Shown here: piece after piece, positions 1 to 9,200 of the stretch
Layout of the letters: every line of letters starts with the position of its first letter
How positions within the stretch are numbered: the first letter of the stretch is position 1
From: an uncultured beta proteobacterium
GTDB taxonomy: Bacteria > Pseudomonadota > Gammaproteobacteria > Burkholderiales > Burkholderiaceae_C
DNA: 64,000 bases
NCBI GenBank assembly: GCA_903869595.1
Contig: CAIPZV010000037.1
Location: 4,600 to 68,599 of the forward strand
Direction: 5' to 3'
Program-made: the position numbers and the translations under genes
The notes under the pieces: generated by a model
Seen by the model: the letters and a program-made list of their open reading frames with translations, nothing else
Databases searched by the model: none
Told to the model about the DNA's origin: nothing

Positions 1-965
1 CTCATGCCATAAAAGGACAGGGATACGATAAGGAAGCGCAAAATTGGATCGTCCCGCAGCTTGTGCCAGGCGCCAGACAAAGTCATCACGCCGTTGATCA
101 TGCCGCCCCAGCTAGGCGCTAGCAAAATCAGCGAGAACACCATGCCCACCGATTGGGTCCAGTCCGGCAGCGCGGTGTAATGCAAGTGGTGCGGGCCGGC
201 CCACATATAGGTAAAGATCAGCGCCCAGAAGTGGACGATAGACAGCCGGTAGCTATAGACAGGACGCTCGGCCTGTTTAGGGATGAAGTAATACATCATG
301 CCCAGAAAACCAGCCGTCAGGAAAAAACCCACGGCGTTATGGCCGTACCACCATTGAATCATCGCGTCCTGCACGCCAGCGTAGGCCGAATACGACTTCA
401 TCCAACCAGCAGGAATGGCCGCGCTATTGACCAAATGCAATATCGCAACGGCCAGAATGAAGGCGCCAAAAAACCAATTAGCCACGTAAATATGCTTGAC
501 CTTGCGCGTGCCCAGGGTGCCGAAAAATACCACCGCGAAGCTGACCCAGACCAGGGTGATGAGGATGTCAATCGGCCATTCCAGCTCGGCGTATTCTTTG
601 CCCTGGGTATAGCCCAAGGGTAGGGAAATCGCCGCAGCCACAATCACCGCCTGCCAGCCCCAAAAAGTGAAGGCGGCCAACTTGTCCGAAAACAAACGTA
701 CCTGGCTGGTGCGTTGCACTACGTAGTAGGACGATGCAAACAAGCCGCAGCCGCCAAAGGCAAAAATCACTGCATTGGTGTGCAAGGGCCGTAGGCGCCC
801 GTAGCTGAGCCAGGGAATGCCAAAGTTCAACTCAGGCCAAGCGAGTTGGGCGGCGATGATGACGCCGACCAACATGCCGACTACGCCCCAGACCACGGTC
901 ATGATCGCAAACTGGCGCACGACGGTGTCGTTATAAGTTGCCGCCTGCTGGTTTGCAAATGCCAT
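1..965 (-). CDS. ccoN: cbb3-type cytochrome c oxidase subunit I (partial; runs off the left end)
   Basis: Manual translation from ATG at 965: [27 protein letters not shown]...[17 protein letters not shown]...[13 protein letters not shown]...WAGPHHLHY. Not in the ORF track because it has no stop inside the window. Confidence 0.95.
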   Translation of the reverse strand, partial: MAFANQQAATYNDTVVRQFAIMTVVWGVVGMLVGVIIAAQLAWPELNFGIPWLSYGRLRPLHTNAVIFAFGGCGLFASSYYVVQRTSQVRLFSDKLAAFTFWGWQAVIVAAAISLPLGYTQGKEYAELEWPIDILITLVWVSFAVVFFGTLGTRKVKHIYVANWFFGAFILAVAILHLVNSAAIPAGWMKSYSAYAGVQDAMIQWWYGHNAVGFFLTAGFLGMMYYFIPKQAERPVYSYRLSIVHFWALIFTYMWAGPHHLHYTALPDWTQSVGMVFSLILLAPSWGGMINGVMTLSGAWHKLRDDPILRFLIVSLSFYGM

Positions 966-1024
966 AAAAACCTCTCTCAATAGATGCGTTACGCGCAGTG
1001 TGCGGCTTGGGTTGGAAAAATGAT

Positions 1025-1038
1025 TTGATGCATGTCAA
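1025..1038. promoter_or_regulatory. FNR/Anr-like binding site upstream of ccoN
   Basis: TTGATGCATGTCAA versus consensus TTGAT-N4-ATCAA (1 mismatch), about 60 nt upstream of the ccoN start. Confidence 0.75.
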
Positions 1039-1070
1039 GTGGCGCGCAAACAGCGTTTGAAAAATCCAAA

Positions 1071-1214
1071 TTACGCGGCTTCGTCCTCCAATATGCGCGC
1101 GCCTTCGGACTCGATGTCGTCAAACTGCCCCCGATCAATGGCCCACCACAAACCGCCCAGAATGAAAAATACCAGGCTGACCGACAGGGGAATGAGTAAG
1201 TAGAGAATTTCCAT
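1071..1214 (-). CDS. ccoS: cbb3 oxidase assembly protein CcoS/FixS
   Basis: MEILYLLIPLSVSLVFFILGGLWWAIDRGQFDDIESEGARILEDE, with the GQFDD motif. True start is ATG 1214 inside the longer track ORF. Confidence 0.93.
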   Translation of the reverse strand: MEILYLLIPLSVSLVFFILGGLWWAIDRGQFDDIESEGARILEDEAA

Positions 1215-1224
1215 CGGAGGGGTG

Positions 1225-3738
1225 TCAGTGCGTGACGCTTGCCAAAGTTGATGGCTTCGCGGTGCTGGCAAAGACGGTTTTGGACTTATGGGGCACTTGC
1301 CCGGCGGTATTGCTCCTTGCTGGCAGCGCCAAGCGCGCCGCATTGGCAACCACCAGCAAAGAGCTGGTCGCCATGCCCAGCCCCGCCAACCAGGCGGGCA
1401 GAAATCCAGCCACCGCCAGCGGCACGCAGGCCGCGTTGTAGAGCAGCGCCCAGAGCAGGTTTTGCCGCACCACGCGCATGGTTTTGCGCGCCAGCACCAA
1501 GGTATCGGTAATGGCACTAAGCTGCGAGCCCAGCACTACTAAGTCCGCTTGCGACTGCGCCAGTGATGAAGCATTCCCAAAGGCAAAAGCTACATGCGCC
1601 CCGGCCAACACCGGCGCATCGTTCAGCCCGTCGCCCACCATGGCCACCGTCGCGCCCTGGGCTTGGAGTTGGCGCAAGCGGGCCAGTTTGTCGTCCGGTG
1701 TGCAGCGGGCGTGGGCTCGGTCTGGCGTAATGCCTAGCTGGGCGGCGGCCAGCGCCACTGGGCCCGGCGCATCGCCAGACAAGAGATGCACTGCCAGGCC
1801 CATAGCCTCTAGGTCTTGCACGCAGCGGCGGGCGTCCGGGCGCAGCACTTCGCGCAATTGAAAGGTCGCCAACCAACCCTGATCGTCCGTTAGGAACACA
1901 CTGCTGCTATCGCTTTGCGCATCGGCCAAGCCGCAAAACGTGGCCGAACCCAGGCGCATAGCCCTTGGCGCCATGCCAGACAGACCTTGACCCGCAGTTT
2001 CATGCACCTCCTTGGCTTGGCAAACCCCAGGCTGCGCAGTCGCCTGCACAGCCTCGCACAAAGCGCGCGCTGCGGGATGGCGCGAATGGCTGGCCAACGC
2101 GGCGGCCATCGCTAGTGCCTGTTCGGGTCGGATGCCAGGTCGGCATTGCGTGCTATCGAGTTGCTGCGCGTCACTGCTCAGCGTGCCGGTTTTGTCAAAC
2201 ACTACCGTGTCCACCTTCGCCAAGCTTTCCAAAGCCTGCAATCGGCGCACCAGCACGCCGCCGGTGGCAAGGCGACCGGCGGCGGCAAGCATGGCCGCAG
2301 GCGTGGCCAGCGACAAAGCGCAAGGGCAGGTGACGACCAGCACGGCCACCGCCAGCATCATGGCGTGCGCCGGGTCGCGCGGCCACCACCACAATGCCAC
2401 CAGACCAGCGGCCAGCAGCACGCCGAGTAAAAAGGGTTTGGCCATGCGATCGGCCAGGCGCGCCACCTGCGGCTGCTCGGTGGCCGCGCTTTGCATCAGC
2501 GCCACGATGGCGGCAAAGCGCGTGTCCGTGCCCGCTTTGTCGACCCGCACGCGCAAAGTACTGGCCAGGTTGTGGCTACCCGCCAGCACGCTATCGCCGG
2601 GGCCGCGCGTCAGCGGGCGCGACTCGCCGGTGAGCATGGCTTCATCCACAGCGCTGCTGCCTTGCAGCACCACACTATCGGCAGGAAAAGTCTCGCCCGC
2701 ATAGACCCGCAGCACATCACCCACGCGCACCCGGCGCGCGGCGATGCGCTCGGCGCTGCCATCTGCGCCCAAGCGCTCCACGCTATCGGGCAAGCGGTTA
2801 AATACGGCGTCCAGCGCCCCGGCGGTGCGCTCGCGCAAACGCAGCTCCAGCCAGCGGCCACTGAGCAGGAAAAACACAAACATGGTGAGCGAGTCGAAAT
2901 ACACCTCGCGCCCGAAAGGCCCGCCCGGCTCAAAGGTTCCGGCGCTGCTGACCGCAAACGTCACGGCAATGCCCAGCGCCACCGGCAAGTCCATGCCGAT
3001 GCGCCGCGCCAACAGATCGCGCCAGGCGCTGGAAAAAAATGGCCCGCAAGAAAACAGCAGCACTGGCAGGCTCAGCACCCAGGAAGCCCAGCGCAGCAAT
3101 TGCTCCATCTCGCCGCTCAGGTCCCCGGGCGCAGCAGTGTAGGCCGGGTAGGCGTACATCATCACCTGCATCATGCACAGCCCGGCCACCAGCCAGCGCC
3201 ACAGGGCAGCGCGCCGCTCTTTGCGGCGCATGTCGATGGCAAATGCATCGTTAGCAGGCAATAGCGCATAGCCCTGGGCCTGCGCCCGGCCCATCCACTG
3301 CGCGGGCAGCACGCGCGCGCTGTCCCACACCACGCTGGCGCGCTGCGAGGCGGCATTGACGCGCGCGCTGCGCACGCCGGGCACTTGGCGCAAAAGCTGT
3401 TCCACCGTCATCGCGCAGGCGGCGCAGTGCATGCCTTGCACTACCAGGTGCGATTCCCAAACGCCTTCGCAGCCCGTCACTTCCTTAGAGAAGGCCGGCC
3501 ATTCTTGGGGGTCGTTCAGTCCGGCTAAAGCCGATGCTGCGGCTGCGGCTGCGGCTGCGGCTGAGGCTGAGGCTGAGGCTGCGGCTGCGGCTGAGGCTGA
3601 GGCTGGGGCTGCGGCTGCGGCTGCGGCTGGGGTTGAGGCGATAGTGCTAAAACTATTCAAAGCCAGCCGACTAGCCGAAGTGTCATTGGCCCACGAGCGC
3701 GGCGCAGACAAAGGAACGTGGTAAGCCGCATTAGACAT
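1225..3738 (-). CDS. ccoI: heavy-metal (Cu) P1B-type ATPase CcoI/FixI
   Basis: HMA motif GMHCAAC, CPC, DKTGT and GDGLNDAP motifs; located next to ccoS and ccoN. Confidence 0.92.
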   Translation of the reverse strand: MSNAAYHVPLSAPRSWANDTSASRLALNSFSTIASTPAAAAAAAPASASAAAAASASASAAAAAAAAASALAGLNDPQEWPAFSKEVTGCEGVWESHLVVQGMHCAACAMTVEQLLRQVPGVRSARVNAASQRASVVWDSARVLPAQWMGRAQAQGYALLPANDAFAIDMRRKERRAALWRWLVAGLCMMQVMMYAYPAYTAAPGDLSGEMEQLLRWASWVLSLPVLLFSCGPFFSSAWRDLLARRIGMDLPVALGIAVTFAVSSAGTFEPGGPFGREVYFDSLTMFVFFLLSGRWLELRLRERTAGALDAVFNRLPDSVERLGADGSAERIAARRVRVGDVLRVYAGETFPADSVVLQGSSAVDEAMLTGESRPLTRGPGDSVLAGSHNLASTLRVRVDKAGTDTRFAAIVALMQSAATEQPQVARLADRMAKPFLLGVLLAAGLVALWWWPRDPAHAMMLAVAVLVVTCPCALSLATPAAMLAAAGRLATGGVLVRRLQALESLAKVDTVVFDKTGTLSSDAQQLDSTQCRPGIRPEQALAMAAALASHSRHPAARALCEAVQATAQPGVCQAKEVHETAGQGLSGMAPRAMRLGSATFCGLADAQSDSSSVFLTDDQGWLATFQLREVLRPDARRCVQDLEAMGLAVHLLSGDAPGPVALAAAQLGITPDRAHARCTPDDKLARLRQLQAQGATVAMVGDGLNDAPVLAGAHVAFAFGNASSLAQSQADLVVLGSQLSAITDTLVLARKTMRVVRQNLLWALLYNAACVPLAVAGFLPAWLAGLGMATSSLLVVANAARLALPARSNTAGQVPHKSKTVFASTAKPSTLASVTH
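3541..3630. repeat. in-frame hexanucleotide tandem repeat (GGCTGN)x15 in ccoI
   Basis: 15 consecutive GGCTG[C/A/G] units encoding an Ala/Ser/Pro tract on the minus strand. Confidence 0.95.
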
Positions 3739-3773
3739 GGGCAGCAGTCTGCCGCGCCCAATACCAAGGCGTA

Positions 3774-3787
3774 TTGATCCAAGTCAA
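3774..3787. promoter_or_regulatory. FNR/Anr-like binding site between divergent ccoI and usp
   Basis: TTGATCCAAGTCAA, 1 mismatch to TTGAT-N4-ATCAA. Confidence 0.7.
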
Positions 3788-3813
3788 GTCGCCGCTTTGC
3801 CAGGCACTTAGGC

Positions 3814-3950
3814 TAGGGAAGGCCTGCATCAGTCCGTCATCGCGAGGAGCGCAGCGACGCGGCGATCCATAAGTGATTAACTCGCCAGCAAAAATGGATT
3901 GCTTCGCTGCGCTCGCAATGACGGGTTTGGACTTATGCAGAGATTCCCTA
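3814..3950. mobile_element. MITE/REP-like palindromic element with 22-bp imperfect terminal inverted repeats
   Basis: Outer inverted repeats TAGGGAAGGCCTGCATCAGTCC (3814-3835) and GGACTTATGCAGAGATTCCCTA (3929-3950) match at 18/22. Inner imperfect palindrome CCGTCATCGCGAGGAGCGCAGCGACGCGGCGATCCA...TGGATTGCTTCGCTGCGCTCGCAATGACGG. Confidence 0.7.
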
Positions 3951-3983
3951 GGCACATTGCACCGATTTCACAAGGAAAACACT

Positions 3984-4427
3984 ATGTACACCCGTATCCT
4001 GGTCGCCACCGATGGCACTAAGTTGTCCAAAAAAGCGGTCACCAGCGCCATCAGCTTGGCCGCGACTTGCAAAGCCGAGTTAATTGCTATGCAAGTGGTG
4101 CCGCCCTACCCGATTGCCTACTTTGAAGGCGGCATGGCCAGCGACTCCCGCGAGATCAAACGGGTCGAGGCCCTGTGGGTGAACAAAGCCCAAGCGGTGC
4201 TCGATCTGGTCAAGAAAGCCGGAGCCGCCAAAGGCGTGGAAGTGCGTACGCTGGTGAGCAAGTCGGACATGGTGTCGCACGCCATCATCAACGCAGCCGA
4301 GAAAAACGACTGTGACCTGATCGTCATGGCCTCGCACGGCCGACGCGGCATCAAGCGCCTGTTGCTAGGCAGCGAAACCCAGCATGTGTTGACCCATAGC
4401 AGCACGCCGGTGTTGGTGTTGCGCTAA
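3984..4427 (+). CDS. universal stress protein (Usp family)
   Basis: MYTRILVATDG N-terminus and DLIVMASHGRRGIKRLLLGSET C-terminal motif; AAGGA RBS before ATG 3984. Confidence 0.92.
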   Translation: MYTRILVATDGTKLSKKAVTSAISLAATCKAELIAMQVVPPYPIAYFEGGMASDSREIKRVEALWVNKAQAVLDLVKKAGAAKGVEVRTLVSKSDMVSHAIINAAEKNDCDLIVMASHGRRGIKRLLLGSETQHVLTHSSTPVLVLR

Positions 4428-4438
4428 GCCTTTGCCAA

Positions 4439-5524
4439 TCAGGCCTCAGCGCCATCAGGCATCGGGGCCAAGACCGGCGGGACTTTGGGCTCGTCGGCAA
4501 AGCGCTGGCGTATGGCCAGCACCTGGGGCCAGGCATCTAGAAAAGCATCCACGCATTGCGGATCGAAATGCAGGCCGCATTGCGCACGCAAATAGTCCGC
4601 AGCATCCTCCAATGACCAAGGTTTTTTGTAGGGGCGCTCCGAGGTAAGCGCATCAAACACATCGGCCACCGCCACGATGCGACCGAACAAGGGGATGTCC
4701 TCCCCAAGCAGGCCTTGCGGATAGCCGCTGCCGTCAAACTTTTCGTGGTGGCCCAAAGCGATGGTGGCACCGGCCTGCAATAAGCGTGAGCTGCTGCCCT
4801 TGAGCAATTCATGGCCCAAACTGGCGTGCTGGCGCATGATGTCCATCTCGGCCTCGTCCAGGCGTCCGGGTTTGAGCAGGATGTGGTCCGGAATGCCGAC
4901 TTTGCCGATGTCGTGCATGGCCGCGGCATCGAGTATCAAGGCCTGGTCCAGAGCGGAGAGTTGCAAGCCCTGGGCGATCAGGTAGGCGTAATGCCCAACG
5001 CGTGAAATATGCGCGCCGGTTTCATAGTCGCGATAGCCCGCTGCTTTGACCAAGGACATGACGGTTTCGCGCTCGCGCTCGCGTATTTCGCGGGTGGCCA
5101 GCTCCACCTCGCGGGTTAGCCAGGCGGCATGATCAGCCAAACGCAAACTGGCTTCGCGCAGCTTGAGCATATTGCGCGCGCGCGCTAAAAATTCCGCCGC
5201 GTCCACCGGTTTGGGCAGGAAGTCGTAAGCCCCGGCCTCCAGGGCGCGGTAACGCACCTCTTTTTCGTCGTGCGCGGTGATCATGAGCAAAGGGATCGCT
5301 TCCGCGCCTTCCAAAGCGCGGAAGGCCTGCATGAATTCCAGCCCGTTCATCTCGGGCATCAGGTAGTCCAACACCACCAAATCCACCCGCTGCGTACGCG
5401 CATAGTCCATCGCGGCAGCCGGATCGGTAAAACTTGCGCACTGTGCCTGCGGCAGGCGCTGCACCAGCAGTTCCAGCCATTTCAGATTGACCGGGTTGTC
5501 GTCCAGCAAAAGCACGTTTTGCAT
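4439..5524 (-). CDS. response regulator with HD-GYP c-di-GMP phosphodiesterase domain (RpfG-like)
   Basis: REC domain (LLLDD, DYLMP, KP), then HDIGK and GSGYP motifs. Start is 5524 or 5545. Confidence 0.9.
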   Translation of the reverse strand: MQNVLLLDDNPVNLKWLELLVQRLPQAQCASFTDPAAAMDYARTQRVDLVVLDYLMPEMNGLEFMQAFRALEGAEAIPLLMITAHDEKEVRYRALEAGAYDFLPKPVDAAEFLARARNMLKLREASLRLADHAAWLTREVELATREIRERERETVMSLVKAAGYRDYETGAHISRVGHYAYLIAQGLQLSALDQALILDAAAMHDIGKVGIPDHILLKPGRLDEAEMDIMRQHASLGHELLKGSSSRLLQAGATIALGHHEKFDGSGYPQGLLGEDIPLFGRIVAVADVFDALTSERPYKKPWSLEDAADYLRAQCGLHFDPQCVDAFLDAWPQVLAIRQRFADEPKVPPVLAPMPDGAEA

Positions 5525-5618
5525 CGAATGGCTTTCAGGTTCCAACGAAAATGGTAGTTATCGAAAGTGCCAGCATACAAGCTGGCGCAGCGCTTGCAAA
5601 GGCGGATGCAGGCATTTT

Positions 5619-6380
5619 TTAAAAATCGGGTCGTCGCTTGTCCAAAAACGCCTGCACGCCCTCGCGGTGTTCCTTGCTGTCAGCATACGCATAGGCCGAA
5701 GTCGGCGTGGGCGCTTGCGCCGAACTTCTCTGGCGTAGCACTTGTTTGTTCAGCCGGGCCGCTTGGGGCGAAAGCGTCAGCATGCGCGCCACCAAGGCGT
5801 CGGCCTGGGCTTGCGCGGCTTCATCGGGCACGCTCCAGGCCAGGAAACCGCAGCGCAGCATGTGCGCCGCATCAAAACTTTCTGCCGCCAGCAGCATCGC
5901 ACTGGCGGTAACGGCGCCGACGGCCTGCTGCACCAGCGCAGCCTCGCGCGGCGCCATCGGAAAGCCCAAACGGGCAATCGGCGCGCCATAGACGCTGCCA
6001 GCTGCGCCTAAACGCAAATCGCAGCAACTGGATATTTCCAAGCCCGCGCCCATGCAATTGCCGCGCACCAACGCCAACAGGGGAATCGGGCAATCCAACA
6101 TGGCTTGCAAACCGCCCCAGACCTCCACTTCGTGGAAATGCATCAGGCTCTCTTGCGCAAAACGAAATGCCGGGTATTCAGAAATATCGCCACCGGCGCA
6201 AAAATGGCCGCCTGCGCCCTGCACCAGCACACAAAGCAAGTCGGTGCGGGCGGATATCTCCAGAAAGACCTCGCGCAGTTGCAGCCACATGGCGCGCGTC
6301 ATGGCGTTCATGCGCGCCGGGTTGGACAGCGTGACCGTGGCCAGCGCGCCGCTTTGCTGCCAATCAATACTGCCCATCAC
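5619..6380 (-). CDS. enoyl-CoA hydratase/isomerase family protein
   Basis: FCAGGDI, GNCMGAGLE and EGVQAFLDKRRPDF crotonase motifs. Confidence 0.9.
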   Translation of the reverse strand: MMGSIDWQQSGALATVTLSNPARMNAMTRAMWLQLREVFLEISARTDLLCVLVQGAGGHFCAGGDISEYPAFRFAQESLMHFHEVEVWGGLQAMLDCPIPLLALVRGNCMGAGLEISSCCDLRLGAAGSVYGAPIARLGFPMAPREAALVQQAVGAVTASAMLLAAESFDAAHMLRCGFLAWSVPDEAAQAQADALVARMLTLSPQAARLNKQVLRQRSSAQAPTPTSAYAYADSKEHREGVQAFLDKRRPDF

Positions 6381-6393
6381 CCAATGCGCCTAT

Positions 6394-7203
6394 TTACTTT
6401 GCCGCTGGCACGGGCCGCGTGCCGAACCACCACCACAAAGCGGCACCGCCCAGCACCATGGGAACACACAGCCACTGGCCCATGCTCAGACCCATTTGCA
6501 AGAGACCGATATGGGCATCGGGCTCGCGGAAATACTCCACCACAAAGCGCAGCACGCCATAGCCCATCAGAAAAGCCGCCGACACCCGCCCCTGGCGCGG
6601 CCCGCTGCGCGCGTACACCCACAAAATCACAAATAGCAGCAATCCTTCCAGCAGAAATTGGTACACCTGCGAAGGGTGGCGCGGCAGATCGCCAGCCCCG
6701 CGAAACACCATGCCCCAGGGCAAGGCCGGGTCGGCTACACGGCCCCACAATTCGCCGTTGATGAAATTGCCCACGCGGCCACAGGCCAGGCCAGTCGGTA
6801 CGCAGGGGGCCACAAAATCCGCCACCGCCCAGAAGGATCGTTTGCGTTTATAGGCAAACCAGCCCATGGCAACAATCACACCGAGCAAACCGCCGTGAAA
6901 ACTCATGCCGCCACGCCAGGCATACAAAATTTCTAGTGGATGGGCGGCGTAGTACGCCGGGTTGTAAAACAAGCAGTAGCCAAAGCGCCCGCCCAGCACC
7001 ACACCCAAAACCCCCAAAAAGAGTACGTCCTCCACGTCGCGAAAACTCCAGCCGGTATCCCCCGCATAGGGCGCATGGCGCAAGCGGCGCGCGCCCAGCA
7101 ACATAAAAAGGCCGAAAGCAGCCAGGTAGGTCAGCCCGTACCAGTGGACGGCGACGGGGCCCAGTTGCAAGGCAACCGGGTTGATGGTGGGGTGAATCAG
7201 CAT
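6394..7203 (-). CDS. lgt: prolipoprotein diacylglyceryl transferase
   Basis: [27 protein letters not shown] and HPSQVYQ motifs. Confidence 0.96.
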   Translation of the reverse strand: MLIHPTINPVALQLGPVAVHWYGLTYLAAFGLFMLLGARRLRHAPYAGDTGWSFRDVEDVLFLGVLGVVLGGRFGYCLFYNPAYYAAHPLEILYAWRGGMSFHGGLLGVIVAMGWFAYKRKRSFWAVADFVAPCVPTGLACGRVGNFINGELWGRVADPALPWGMVFRGAGDLPRHPSQVYQFLLEGLLLFVILWVYARSGPRQGRVSAAFLMGYGVLRFVVEYFREPDAHIGLLQMGLSMGQWLCVPMVLGGAALWWWFGTRPVPAAK

Positions 7204-7233
7204 GGCGGCTATTGTGCCTTGGGCCTTGAGCCT

Positions 7234-7278
7234 CGCCGCGCTGACAATTACGGGTTTGGACTTATGCAGAACTTCCCT
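7234..7278. repeat. truncated copy of the right end of the 3814-3950 element
   Basis: ACGGGTTTGGACTTATGCAGA (7250-7270) is identical to 3921-3941, and the flanks are similar (CGCCGCGCTGACAATT versus CGCTGCGCTCGCAATG; CTTCCCT versus ATTCCCT). Confidence 0.7.
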
Positions 7279-7323
7279 GGTTCACAACAACTATAGAATC
7301 GGCATTTATTTAACAATTTTGTT

Positions 7324-8244
7324 ATGAATATACAAATAACAATTAAAAACACCCTAAATCAACTGAATTCTGTGATTTTGGGTAAAGAGCGCGCAGTACA
7401 CGACGCCCTGGCCTGCTTGTTGGCTGGCGGGCATTTGCTCATTGAGGACGTGCCTGGTGTGGGCAAAACCACCTTGGCGCAAGCGCTGGCGCGCACCTTG
7501 GGCCTGGAATTCTCCCGGGTGCAATTCACCTCGGACTTGTTGCCCAGTGACCTCTTAGGCGTATCGGTGTATGAGCGCGGGCAAGAGGCTTTTGTGTTCC
7601 ACCCCGGCCCGGTGTTTGCCTCGGTGCTGCTGGCTGATGAGATCAACCGCGCCAGCCCCAAAACCCAAAGTGCTTTGCTCGAAGCCATGGAGGAAAAGCA
7701 AGTGACCGTAGAAGGCGCAACCCGCCCCTTGCCAAACCCCTTCTTCGTGATTGCCACGCAAAACCCGCAAGACCAGCAAGGCACGTATCCCTTGCCCGAG
7801 TCCCAACTAGACCGCTTTCTCCTATGCATTTCCCTAGGCTACCCCGACCGCGCCGATGAGCGCCGTTTGCTGACGGGCCAAGACCGGCGCAGCATGCTCG
7901 GCGCCATGCCGGCGCTGCTCCATGCGCAAACGCTGGCGCCCTTGCAGGAGGCGGTGCAGGCGGTCCATGCCGCATCGCCGCTGATTGACTATGTGCAAGC
8001 CCTGGTGGCCGCCAGCCGCTCGGGCCAGTGGTTTGTACAAGGAATGAGCCCGCGCGCCGCCCTACTGCTCTTGCGTGTATCCAAAGCCGCCGCGCTGATC
8101 GCGGGGCGCGACTACGTGGCGCCCGACGATGTGCAAGCCATTTTTGTGCAAACCGCCGCGCACCGTATGGTGCCGGTGCGCGCATCAGGCCGCAGCAGCG
8201 CCGCACAAGCTCGCGCCATGATGGAATCCATCGCCCTGCCATGA
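7324..8244 (+). CDS. MoxR family AAA+ ATPase
   Basis: EDVPGVGKT, LADEINRASPKTQSALLEAMEE and ATQNP motifs. Confidence 0.94.
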   Translation: MNIQITIKNTLNQLNSVILGKERAVHDALACLLAGGHLLIEDVPGVGKTTLAQALARTLGLEFSRVQFTSDLLPSDLLGVSVYERGQEAFVFHPGPVFASVLLADEINRASPKTQSALLEAMEEKQVTVEGATRPLPNPFFVIATQNPQDQQGTYPLPESQLDRFLLCISLGYPDRADERRLLTGQDRRSMLGAMPALLHAQTLAPLQEAVQAVHAASPLIDYVQALVAASRSGQWFVQGMSPRAALLLLRVSKAAALIAGRDYVAPDDVQAIFVQTAAHRMVPVRASGRSSAAQARAMMESIALP

Positions 8245-9200
8245 TCTGGTTACGCGCGCAATGGCAAGCTTGGTGGCAATCGCGCCTAGCGGCCAGCGAC
8301 CATCTGGTGCTGACGCAGCGCAGGGTTTACATCTTGCCCAGCGGCGCGGGGCTGATGCTGGCAATTACGCTTTTGTGCATGCTGGTGGCCTCTATCAACT
8401 TTCAGTTGAACATGGGCTATATGCTGACTTTTTTACTCGCCGGGGCAGCGGTGGTGGGTATGCATTTGGGTCATGCCAATTTACGCGGACTGCAGCTGCG
8501 GCTGCTGGCGCCGCAAGCGCATTTTTTGTACACACCGGCCTGCCTGCAAGTGCAACTGGACAACCCCCGCGCGCAGGCCCGCTGGGGCCTGGGCCTGGCG
8601 GTGCAAGGGGAGGAAAACTTGAGCTGGATCGGCGTGCCAGCCCACGCCATCGGCTTGGTAGATTTGTATTGGAATGCGCCCCAGCGCGGGCGCAACCCGC
8701 TGCCCATGCTGACGCTGGAAACGCGTTTTCCGATGGGCATGTTCCGCGTTTGGGCTTTGTGGCGGCCAGCCTCCAGCGTACTGGTCTATCCGCAGCCGGA
8801 AGCAGATGCACCGCCCTGGCCGCAAGGGCTCAGTCCCTCCGGCGAAGTGGGCCATGCCCGCCTACAAGGCGGGACCGAACCTGAGGGCGTGCGTCCCTAC
8901 CGGCGCGGCGATGCACTGAAAAGGGTGGTTTGGAAAAAAGCGGCGCAAGCCATGGCGCGCGGCAGCCATGATTTGCTCAGCCGCGAAACTGCGCAGACGG
9001 CCAGCGGCGTGCTGTGGCTGGACTTGGCGGACACCGGGCTGCGCGAGCGCGAGGCGGCGCTGTCGCGCCTATGCGCCTGGGTGTTGCGCGCCGATGCCAG
9101 CGGCCAGGGCTATGGCCTACAGCTACCGGCGCAAACGATTGCCCCCGGCCATGGGCCCAGCCACCGCCAACAGTGCCTGGAGGCACTGGCCTTGTGCTAA
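8241..9200 (+). CDS. DUF58 family protein
   Basis: GVRPYRRGDALKRVVWK motif; ATGA overlap with the moxR stop; canonical partner of MoxR. Confidence 0.85.
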   Translation: MIWLRAQWQAWWQSRLAASDHLVLTQRRVYILPSGAGLMLAITLLCMLVASINFQLNMGYMLTFLLAGAAVVGMHLGHANLRGLQLRLLAPQAHFLYTPACLQVQLDNPRAQARWGLGLAVQGEENLSWIGVPAHAIGLVDLYWNAPQRGRNPLPMLTLETRFPMGMFRVWALWRPASSVLVYPQPEADAPPWPQGLSPSGEVGHARLQGGTEPEGVRPYRRGDALKRVVWKKAAQAMARGSHDLLSRETAQTASGVLWLDLADTGLREREAALSRLCAWVLRADASGQGYGLQLPAQTIAPGHGPSHRQQCLEALALC

